This document shows positions 53,630-61,439 of a stretch of 64,000 nt of DNA, in pieces. The DNA is taken from positions 32,001-96,000 of the forward strand of contig JAQBHB010000047.1 in NCBI GenBank assembly GCA_032128115.1, written 5' to 3'. Source of the stretch: Deltaproteobacteria bacterium (GTDB taxonomy: Bacteria; Myxococcota_A; UBA9160; SMWR01). The notes under the pieces are model-generated. The model worked only from the letters and a program-made list of their open reading frames with translations. It was not told the origin of the DNA and made no database searches. The position numbers were made by a program, and so were the translations under genes. The first letter of the stretch is position 1. Each line of letters starts with the position of its first letter.

Positions 53630-55876
53630 ATGACCGACGAAGAGACACGAGAGCTGCACGAGCTTCGCGCGTCCCTGGACGCCGCGCGCGCGCAGTTGGC
53701 GGGGCTCGAGACCCGGATCCGCCGCTTCGAAACCCCGGAAGCCGGCGCGGTTGCCCAGCCGCCCGTTGGCGCGCCCGCCGCGCCCACGTTGCCCGAACGC
53801 GCGCCCGCGCGCCGCACCCGGCCCCCGCGATCCCCGCGCACGCCGAGCGCCTTCGAGCGCCGGATGCGTGAGTTCTTCACCGAGGGGAACCCGCTGAACA
53901 AGCTCGGGGCCATCAGCCTGATCGTGGGCGCCGTGCTGATCTTCAAGTATGCGGTCGACAACCAGTGGATCGGCCCCACGGGCCGCGTCGCCCTGGGCTT
54001 CGTCGTGGGCGCCGCCCTGTTCGCGGTGGGGGAATACTTCGCGCGCAAGACCTGGAAGCTCTTCGCCTCTGGCCTCACCGGCGCGGGAAACGGCGTGCTC
54101 TTCGTCGCGGTCTGGTTCGGACAGCAGCAGTACGAGATCCTGCCGCCGCTGGTCGCGTTCGCGCTCTATGTCCTGCTGACAGCGGTCGTGGTGGTGCAGT
54201 CGCTTCGCTACGACGCGCTCGGACTCGCCGTCTGGGGCCTGCTCGGCGGCTACCTGACGCCCCTGCTGGCCAGCACTGGTAGCGGAAACTTCGTATTCCT
54301 GTCGAACTACCTGCTGGTTCTCAACACCGGCGTGTTCGCGGTGGGCTACCGACGAAGCTGGCACCTGCTCAAGTGGATGGCGTTCCTGCTGACGGCGCCG
54401 TACACGGTGGCGTGGGTCGCCGCCTTCGAGGGCCAGCCTCGCTCCACCCGCTGGCTCGAGCTGCACTGGCTGCTGCCCTACCTGGGGGTGTTCTTCGCGT
54501 ACTTCGCGGCGATCCCCACCTGGCGCAGCCTGGTGAGGCGAAAGCCCGTGGGCGCCTTCGACCAGAATCTCACGGTGGCCAACGGCGTCTTCCATTTCGC
54601 GCTGGTCTCGCGGCTTCTCTACCCCGACCACCGGGCCTGGCTGGGCCTCGTCGCTGCGATCACTGCGGTGCTCTACGTGTTCGTCGCGTCGCGCGTGGTT
54701 CGTCAGCCGGCAGTGGACGTCCGTGCCCTGCGGGTCTTCGCCGGCACCGCGGCGGGCTTCTTGCTGCTGGCGACGCCCTACCTGGTGAGCGGACCCACCA
54801 TCACCCTGGTGTGGTGCGCCCAGACCGTGTTCCTGGCCTGGGTCTGCACCCGCGAGCGCTTCGGCTTCCTGCGCCTGCACGTGCTGGCCATGGTGGGCGT
54901 GATCGCCGTGCGCCTGGTGGGCTTCGACGGACTCTTCGAGGTCGATCGGGTCGACTCGGCGCATGCCTACCTCCCGTTCATGCAGCTGGAGAGCTACCCG
55001 CCCCTGGCGGCCGCCCTCACTTTCGGGCTGGTGGGGCACTTCCTCGGGCGGCTGCCGCGGCTGTCCCAGGCGGTCACCTGGCTGCTGGCGCTCGGGTTGC
55101 TGGTGTTGACCTTCGGCGTCCACGGCGAATCCGTGCGCTGGACCCGAGCCGCGCTGGCCCCGAACGCCAGCCGCGAGCTGCAGAACCTGATCGAGAGCGG
55201 ACTGCTGGTGGCAGTGATGTGTGCGCTCTGGTTCGGTCTGGTGGCCCGTCTCACGGGCCCGCGCATTCCCGCCGCACTGGGCGCCGGATTCGGGGCCCTG
55301 CTCCTGCTCTGGGTAGTGGAGGTGTTGCTCTGGCCCGGTGGCTACGGGCACATGAGCCTGATCGTTGGCCACGGCTACAACCTGTGGTGGCTGCACACGG
55401 GTGTGCTGCTCATGCTGCCGTTGGTGTGGCTGCTGGTGCAGATGGGACGCGAGATCGACCAACCCCTGGGCTGGTTGAAGCTTTCACACCTGAGGGCCGC
55501 GTTTTTCGGTGCGGCGTTGATCGTGACCCTGCTGTTGCTGCGGCGCGAGATCTTCGCCATCACCCATGCTCCACCCGTGGCCGATCTCTTCTCAGCCGAC
55601 GCGCGGCTTGCCAGCTATCGCATGTTGCTCTCGCTGGCCTACGCCTTCCTCGCCTTCGGCATCTACCTGAACGCGATCCGCACCCGGAGTCGCATCCGCC
55701 TGCACGCGGCCTACGCGCTCTACGTGATGACGGCCCTCAAGGTCTACATCTTCGACCTGGAGTCGCAGAACCAGCTCTATCGCGCCTTCTCGCTGCTGAT
55801 CTTTGCCGCGATCCTGTTCGTGAGTTCGTATTTCGCGAACCGACACCGGACCGCGAACCCGAGCAGCCGTGCGTAG
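53630..55876 (+). CDS. DUF2339-like polytopic membrane protein
   Basis: N-terminal coiled coil and Pro-rich linker; WIGPTGRV, GGYLTPLL, KVYIFDL...RAFS. Confidence 0.85.
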   Translation: MTDEETRELHELRASLDAARAQLAGLETRIRRFETPEAGAVAQPPVGAPAAPTLPERAPARRTRPPRSPRTPSAFERRMREFFTEGNPLNKLGAISLIVGAVLIFKYAVDNQWIGPTGRVALGFVVGAALFAVGEYFARKTWKLFASGLTGAGNGVLFVAVWFGQQQYEILPPLVAFALYVLLTAVVVVQSLRYDALGLAVWGLLGGYLTPLLASTGSGNFVFLSNYLLVLNTGVFAVGYRRSWHLLKWMAFLLTAPYTVAWVAAFEGQPRSTRWLELHWLLPYLGVFFAYFAAIPTWRSLVRRKPVGAFDQNLTVANGVFHFALVSRLLYPDHRAWLGLVAAITAVLYVFVASRVVRQPAVDVRALRVFAGTAAGFLLLATPYLVSGPTITLVWCAQTVFLAWVCTRERFGFLRLHVLAMVGVIAVRLVGFDGLFEVDRVDSAHAYLPFMQLESYPPLAAALTFGLVGHFLGRLPRLSQAVTWLLALGLLVLTFGVHGESVRWTRAALAPNASRELQNLIESGLLVAVMCALWFGLVARLTGPRIPAALGAGFGALLLLWVVEVLLWPGGYGHMSLIVGHGYNLWWLHTGVLLMLPLVWLLVQMGREIDQPLGWLKLSHLRAAFFGAALIVTLLLLRREIFAITHAPPVADLFSADARLASYRMLLSLAYAFLAFGIYLNAIRTRSRIRLHAAYALYVMTALKVYIFDLESQNQLYRAFSLLIFAAILFVSSYFANRHRTANPSSRA

Positions 55877-57161
55877 GGCGACTGCGCTGCTTCTGGTCGC
55901 CCTGGGAACCGCGAGCGTCGCCGGGGCGGAAGAACGCCGCTCCGTCGGCGACTTCCAAAGCAGGGCGGAGATCGAGATCGCGCCCGGCGCGGGCGAGGCC
56001 TACGGCGTGCCGCTCTCCGCCGAGGCCTCGGCGGCCCTGAAAGAGGGGCGCGAGGTGCGCGTTTTCGATGCTCGGGGCCGCGAGATTCCTTCGCTGGTGC
56101 ACAGCGCATACGCCCGGCCCGAGATCCGGGAGCGCCCGGTCAGCGTCTTCAACCAGGCGTGGAATCCGGGGCTCGTGCAGACGCTGGCCGTGGAGCTCAC
56201 CGATCGCGGCCCCCAATCGGTGAACGAATTCACGTTCGAGATCCGCGACGAGCAGTACAACGCCAGCGTGCGCGTGGAAGGAAGCGACGAATCCAGTGGC
56301 GGATCCGATGACTGGCGGATCGCGGGCGACGGACTGCACCTGATCCGCCACACGATTCCCGGCGAGAAGATCGACTACGTGCACAACGTGCTGCGCATCC
56401 CCACCTCGCGCTACCGGCGCTACCGCTTCACCCTGCGGCAGCCGGGCCGCGAGGAGCCCCTGACCATCGAGTCCGTGAGCGTGCGTGAGGTGATCCACCG
56501 GGGCACGCACCTGACGCTTCCTGTGCATCTGGAAGGGTGGAAGAATCCGCGCGACCCGGATAAACGGCATCAGTACTGGCGGCTGGGGCTGGATCGCGCC
56601 TACCTGGGCGTGAACCGGGTGGATCTGACGATTTTTGGAACCGACTACGCGCGCCCGGCGAAGCTCTGGGCCTGGAACCCGGAACTCTCGCGACCGGGCG
56701 ACTTCCTCGACAGCACGGTGCTGTTCCAATACGGAAACGACCGGGACACCGGGTTCGGCGGCTTCACCAGCGATGCGGAAGAACTGGTGATGATGATCGA
56801 TCAGGGGGACGACGAGCCCATCCCGGTGGCGCGAGTCCGCGCCAGCCGGCCGCGGCAGCAGGTGCGCTTCCTGATGGGAGCGTCGGCCGAGGCGCCGCTC
56901 GCGCTCTACTTCACGCCGGACGTGCCGCGAGATCCCGAATACGACCTGCCCCGGCGCCTGGAGGAGCGCGGCATCGCGGCCTTCGCGAGCGCCGAACACG
57001 GACCGCTGACCGAGAACCCCGCCTACCGCCTGCCGCCCGAACCCCTTTCGGAGCGGGCCCCCCAGCTGCTCTACGCCGTGGTGGGTGCGCTGGTGCTGGG
57101 GCTGGGGATCTACCTGGCGCGGACGCTTCGCAAGGGGCTCCCGCCCGAGGAGCCTTCCTAG
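55869..57161 (+). CDS. DUF3999-like exported protein with C-terminal membrane anchor
   Basis: Signal peptide, VRVFDARGREIP, VEGSD, PEYDL, C-terminal TM; overlaps the DUF2339 gene. Confidence 0.65.
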   Translation: MRRATALLLVALGTASVAGAEERRSVGDFQSRAEIEIAPGAGEAYGVPLSAEASAALKEGREVRVFDARGREIPSLVHSAYARPEIRERPVSVFNQAWNPGLVQTLAVELTDRGPQSVNEFTFEIRDEQYNASVRVEGSDESSGGSDDWRIAGDGLHLIRHTIPGEKIDYVHNVLRIPTSRYRRYRFTLRQPGREEPLTIESVSVREVIHRGTHLTLPVHLEGWKNPRDPDKRHQYWRLGLDRAYLGVNRVDLTIFGTDYARPAKLWAWNPELSRPGDFLDSTVLFQYGNDRDTGFGGFTSDAEELVMMIDQGDDEPIPVARVRASRPRQQVRFLMGASAEAPLALYFTPDVPRDPEYDLPRRLEERGIAAFASAEHGPLTENPAYRLPPEPLSERAPQLLYAVVGALVLGLGIYLARTLRKGLPPEEPS

Positions 57162-57251
57162 AGCGCATCGCCCCCCTGTCGGTACGATTCTTGCGTTCAC
57201 TCCCGGCGCACGCGCACAATCCGCGCGATCCGAAACAAGGGAGAACGCGCC

Positions 57252-58580
57252 ATGGCCAAGGACAGCCTCAGCATCACCGACAACCGGACCGGGAAGACCT
57301 ACGAACTCCCGATCGACTACGGCACCTATCCCCGCTACGGCGCCGCCATAAAGGCCCTGGATCTGCGGCAGATCCGGGCCTCCGAAGACGACTTTGGTCT
57401 CCTCAGCTACGACCCGGGGTTCACCAATACGGCGTCCTGCCGCAGCGCGATCACCTTCGTGGATGGCGAGCGGGGCATCCTGCGCTACCGGGGCCATCCG
57501 ATCGAGGAGATCGCCGAGCACAGCACCTATCTCGAAACCGCGTATCTGCTGATCCACGGCGAGTTGCCCGACCGCGAACAGCTCGACGGCTGGACGGGAA
57601 ACGTCACGCACCACACCCTGATCCACGAAAACGTGAAGCGGTTCATCGAGGGCTTCCGTTACGACGCCCATCCCATGGGAATCCTGATCGGCACCGTGGG
57701 AGCGCTCTCCACCTTCTATCCCGACGCCAAAAATGTCGATGACGCGGATTCCCGGCGCGAGCAGTTCTGGCGACTCATCGCCAAGACGCCGACCATCGCC
57801 GGCTTCGCCTACCGCTACAGCCGCGGCCTTCCCTACGCCTATCCCGACAACGATCTGTCCTACACGGGAAACTTCCTGAACATGCTCTGGAAGGCGACAG
57901 AGGTCCGATACACGCCGGATCCCATTCTCGAGCGGGCTCTCGACGTGCTGTTCATCCTGCACGCGGACCACGAACAGAACTGCAGCACGAGCGCCATGCG
58001 GGGGATCGGAAGCTCCCTGGGCGATCCCTACTCCGCCGTCGCCGGCGCTGCCGCGGCCCTGTACGGCCCGCGGCACGGAGGCGCGAACGAGGCGGTGCTG
58101 CGCATGCTCGCCGAGATCGGTTCCGTTCAGGCTGTAGCGGCCTTCGTCAAGGGGGTGAAATCGGGCGAGTCGGGGCGGCTCATGGGCTTCGGTCACCGGG
58201 TCTACAAGAACTACGACCCTCGTGCCAAGATCATCAAGAAGCTCGCCGACCAGGTCTTCGAGGTGACGGGCCCGAATCCGCTGCTCGAGATCGCTCTGGA
58301 GCTCGAACGCGTGGCTCTCGACGACGACTACTTCGTGGAGCGGAAGCTCTACCCGAACGTGGACTTCTACTCCGGCATCATCTACCAGGCGATGGGATTC
58401 CCCGTGGACATGTTCCCGGTGCTCTTCGCCATTCCGCGCACGGCCGGCTGGCTGGCCCAGTGGCAGGAAATGCTGCTGGATCCGGACCTGCGCATCACGC
58501 GTCCGAGGCAGGTGTATGTCGGGGTCGACGAACGCGCCTACACCCCCATCGAACAACGCAAGGCGGGCGCGCCGAGCTGA
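57252..58580 (+). CDS. gltA: Citrate synthase
   Basis: YDPGFTNTASC, LHADHEQNCST, GPRHGGANE, MGFGHRVYK, YPNVDFYSG. Confidence 0.97.
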   Translation: MAKDSLSITDNRTGKTYELPIDYGTYPRYGAAIKALDLRQIRASEDDFGLLSYDPGFTNTASCRSAITFVDGERGILRYRGHPIEEIAEHSTYLETAYLLIHGELPDREQLDGWTGNVTHHTLIHENVKRFIEGFRYDAHPMGILIGTVGALSTFYPDAKNVDDADSRREQFWRLIAKTPTIAGFAYRYSRGLPYAYPDNDLSYTGNFLNMLWKATEVRYTPDPILERALDVLFILHADHEQNCSTSAMRGIGSSLGDPYSAVAGAAAALYGPRHGGANEAVLRMLAEIGSVQAVAAFVKGVKSGESGRLMGFGHRVYKNYDPRAKIIKKLADQVFEVTGPNPLLEIALELERVALDDDYFVERKLYPNVDFYSGIIYQAMGFPVDMFPVLFAIPRTAGWLAQWQEMLLDPDLRITRPRQVYVGVDERAYTPIEQRKAGAPS

Positions 58581-58682
58581 GGATCGCTTTCGCGGTGGGG
58601 CGAATCGGGTCATTTCGCCACATGACTGCGCCGAATCTACCCATACCGAGGTCCGTGGGTGCGGGAGATTCTGCCCCGATGG

Positions 58683-58698
58683 TGGCACGGAACGTGTA
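58683..58698 (+). promoter_or_regulatory. Possible sigma54 promoter TGGCACG-GAAC-GTGTA
   Basis: Consensus -24 box; -12 box has GT in place of GC; short inverted repeats upstream at 58599-58626. Confidence 0.35.
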
Positions 58699-58753
58699 AG
58701 GTCGTTCCGGGTGAGTTCTGCCGGCTGGCGAAGTCTGGAGAGGAAGCAGCTGA

Positions 58754-59359
58754 GTGGCCGACCAACCCGCCCGATCCATCCGGCACTACTCGGTATTCGC
58801 CCTGGTCGCCTTCGGAATCTTCGTCGGAGGCGGCACCCTGGCCATCACGGAACAGGCGGCCCGTCAATCGGAGACGGTCGAGTTCTGCGTCTCCTGCCAC
58901 GTCATGGATGCCACGGTCTTCGAGGAGTACAAGGAGACCTCGCACTACTCGAACGCATCCGGAGTGCGCGCGACCTGCGCCGACTGTCACGTCCCCGATC
59001 GTCACGCTCCGGGCGAAGTGATTGCCTACCTGGGCACGAAAATTGGCGCCGCCCGCTTCGTCTACGGCTGGGCGACGGGTCGCACGAGCGAGCCGGAGCA
59101 GCTGATCGCAAAACGGGAGGAGCTGGCCGAGCGGGTCTGGGCCCGGATGCGAGCCGACGATTCGCGCGGGTGTCGCCGCTGCCACGACGACAGCGCGTGG
59201 GATCTCGATGCGCAGACCACGCGGGCCCGGGAGCAGCATTTGAGCGCCATCGAGGAGGGCCAGACCTGCATCGATTGCCACGACGACGGGATCGCGCACG
59301 AACCGGTGGCGCGTGCCGTTCCCGAGAGTGAACTGGAGCAGGATTTTCTTCTGGACTGA
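58754..59359 (+). CDS. NapC/NirT/CymA family membrane-anchored tetraheme cytochrome c
   Basis: N-terminal TM; four motifs CVSCH(VM), CADCH, CRRCH, CIDCH; HYSNASGVRATC. Confidence 0.95.
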   Translation: MADQPARSIRHYSVFALVAFGIFVGGGTLAITEQAARQSETVEFCVSCHVMDATVFEEYKETSHYSNASGVRATCADCHVPDRHAPGEVIAYLGTKIGAARFVYGWATGRTSEPEQLIAKREELAERVWARMRADDSRGCRRCHDDSAWDLDAQTTRAREQHLSAIEEGQTCIDCHDDGIAHEPVARAVPESELEQDFLLD

Positions 59360-59385
59360 CGTCCGCTGATCGGGAGGCTTCAAAG

Positions 59386-60369
59386 GTGCCTGAGCGAACG
59401 CACGGAACCGGTAGCGATCGGAACCTACAGGCGGCCCGCGAACGCCTTCCCGGTGTGGCAGTGGCACTGGCAGTGGCGCTGGGGCTGCTCGCCGGCGCGC
59501 CCGCGGCGGAGGCGATCGACTGGAGCTCCGTTCCGACCCAGGAGATCATTCTCCTGTACCCGGGGCAGTCTTCGTGGGAGTGGAATCTCACGGAGTCGAG
59601 CCACAGCGGGGGCCCGAAGGTCCGCCAGGGCAAGCGCTGCTACGCCTGCCACGAGGGCGAAGAGGCGAAGATCGGAAGCGTAATCGTGTCGGGCGAGAAG
59701 CTCGAGCCCGAGCCCGTGAACCGTCCCGCCACGATCCCGCTCTCCCTGCAGGCCGCCAACGACGGCCAGCGGCTCTACCTGAGAATGCAGTGGCCCGAGC
59801 CGCGACCCGCGGCCGGGAAGAAGACCCTCGTCACGGTCATGTTCGACGACGGAAAGCTCAAGAGCGCCGCCGTGGGCGGATGCTGGAGCACCTGCCACGA
59901 CGACGTGCGTGGGATGCCGAGCGCCTCGAAGGGGTCGGAGATGACGAAATACCTGACGTCTTCGCGATCCCGCGCGGGTCGCACGGGCGGCGGCGAGAAC
60001 TACAAGAGCCCGGCCGAGCTTGCCCAGGAGATCGAGGCCGGAAAATTCATGGAGTACTGGCAGGCGGAGCTGGAGGTGGGCGAGGATGCGACCGCCGGCG
60101 ACGGAATCGTCCTGAAGGAGCGGCTGGCGAACGATTCGCCCGGCGTCCAGGCCACCGCATCGAGGGCGGGAGACGACTGGGTCGTGACCCTGAGCCGCGC
60201 CTTGCAGGCGCCCTCGAAGCACTCCAAGCAGATCGCTCCCGGCCAGACGTATACGGTGGGCATCGCCGTTCACCCGGCGGGAACGGAGCACCGGTTCCAC
60301 CACGTCTCGTTCGAGCGAACGCTGCTGCTCGATGAGGGCGACGCCGATCTCGTGGCGGTGAAGCGATGA
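59386..60369 (+). CDS. NirB-like diheme cytochrome c552 (ethylbenzene-dehydrogenase-gamma/DOMON-like domain)
   Basis: Signal peptide; DWSSVP...LYPG, CYACH, QAANDG..LYLR, GGCWSTCH (CX3CH), RFHHVS, all as recalled for P. stutzeri NirB; start uncertain. Confidence 0.8.
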   Translation: MPERTHGTGSDRNLQAARERLPGVAVALAVALGLLAGAPAAEAIDWSSVPTQEIILLYPGQSSWEWNLTESSHSGGPKVRQGKRCYACHEGEEAKIGSVIVSGEKLEPEPVNRPATIPLSLQAANDGQRLYLRMQWPEPRPAAGKKTLVTVMFDDGKLKSAAVGGCWSTCHDDVRGMPSASKGSEMTKYLTSSRSRAGRTGGGENYKSPAELAQEIEAGKFMEYWQAELEVGEDATAGDGIVLKERLANDSPGVQATASRAGDDWVVTLSRALQAPSKHSKQIAPGQTYTVGIAVHPAGTEHRFHHVSFERTLLLDEGDADLVAVKR

Positions 60370-61403
60370 GGAGCCTCGCCGCCAGCGTGGCGATCGCGCT
60401 GTGCCTGGCCGTCTGGGCAGTGACCGGCGACGTCGTTGCCGATGAGGTCGTCGGCGATGAGATCGTCGCCGATGAGATCGTCGAGCGGGACCGTGTGATC
60501 CTCTCGAGCGCTCCGGAGTCCGCGGGCGAGTACGCGACCGGGGGCATGGACGCCTGCCTCAAGTGCCACGACGAGACCGAGAAACACCCGATTCTCTCGA
60601 TCCTGGCGACGCCTCATGGCGTGATGGCGGACGAACGGGCGCCGCTCTCGCGCGAGCACGCCTGCCAGACCTGTCACGGTGCCAGCGCAGAGCACATGAA
60701 GGAGCGCGACGAGGGCGAGCCGCGCCCGCCGGTCAGCATCCGGTTCGGACCCGATACACCTTCCGACCTCCAGAACCAGGTGTGCCTCACGTGTCACGAA
60801 GGCAACAGCCGGATGAACTGGACGGGCAGTCCACACGATCTCCAGAACGTCACCTGCGCGAGCTGTCACACGGTTCACTCGAAGGAGGATCCCGTTCTCG
60901 TCAAGAACATCGATCCCATGGTGTTCCTGCGAGAGGGTCAGGCGCAGGTCTGCTTCACGTGCCACCAGCAGCAGCGGGCGCAGATCCAGCAACGGGTGTC
61001 GTCGCACCCGCTCCGCGAGGGCAAGATGGAGTGCTCCAGCTGCCACAATCCGCACGGATCGGTGGGTCCCGAACTCCTCGTCAAGTCCACGCTGAACGAG
61101 ACCTGTTACCAGTGCCACGCAGAGAAGCGGGGGCCCTTCCTGTGGGAGCACGCCCCGGTTCGCGAGGACTGCAGCGTCTGCCATACACCGCACGGCTCGA
61201 ACCACCCCGCGCTGCTCAAGACCCGGGTGCCGCAGCTCTGCCAGCAATGCCACATGGCGGCCTTCCATCCGAGCACCGCATATCCGGGGCCCGACTTTGC
61301 GGGGCCCGCCCTGGACTATCACTCACTCGATAAGGGCTGTCTGAACTGCCACTCGGAGGTGCATGGCTCGAACCATCCCTCCGGCGTGCGGTGGACGCGG
61401 TAG
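60366..61403 (+). CDS. mtrA: MtrA/DmsE/MtoA-family decaheme cytochrome c
   Basis: Ten CxxCH motifs counted; EKRGPFLWEHAPV and HGSNHPSG signatures. Confidence 0.96.
   Translation: MRSLAASVAIALCLAVWAVTGDVVADEVVGDEIVADEIVERDRVILSSAPESAGEYATGGMDACLKCHDETEKHPILSILATPHGVMADERAPLSREHACQTCHGASAEHMKERDEGEPRPPVSIRFGPDTPSDLQNQVCLTCHEGNSRMNWTGSPHDLQNVTCASCHTVHSKEDPVLVKNIDPMVFLREGQAQVCFTCHQQQRAQIQQRVSSHPLREGKMECSSCHNPHGSVGPELLVKSTLNETCYQCHAEKRGPFLWEHAPVREDCSVCHTPHGSNHPALLKTRVPQLCQQCHMAAFHPSTAYPGPDFAGPALDYHSLDKGCLNCHSEVHGSNHPSGVRWTR
60438..60482 (+). repeat. Three imperfect 15-bp in-frame repeats encoding ADEVV-GDEIV-ADEIV
   Basis: Read directly, just after the MtrA signal peptide. Confidence 0.8.
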
Positions 61404-61439
61404 CTGGCCATGCATTCCCAGCCGATCGGAGGCGAGACG

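Noticed and set aside
55737..58688. 983-aa minus-strand ORF
   Set aside because: Antisense to gltA and the DUF3999-like gene
58754..60369. Interpreting nirT/nirB-like genes as a denitrification cluster
   Set aside because: No nirS, heme d1 biosynthesis, nap or nor genes are adjacent; the genes are coupled to mtrAB instead
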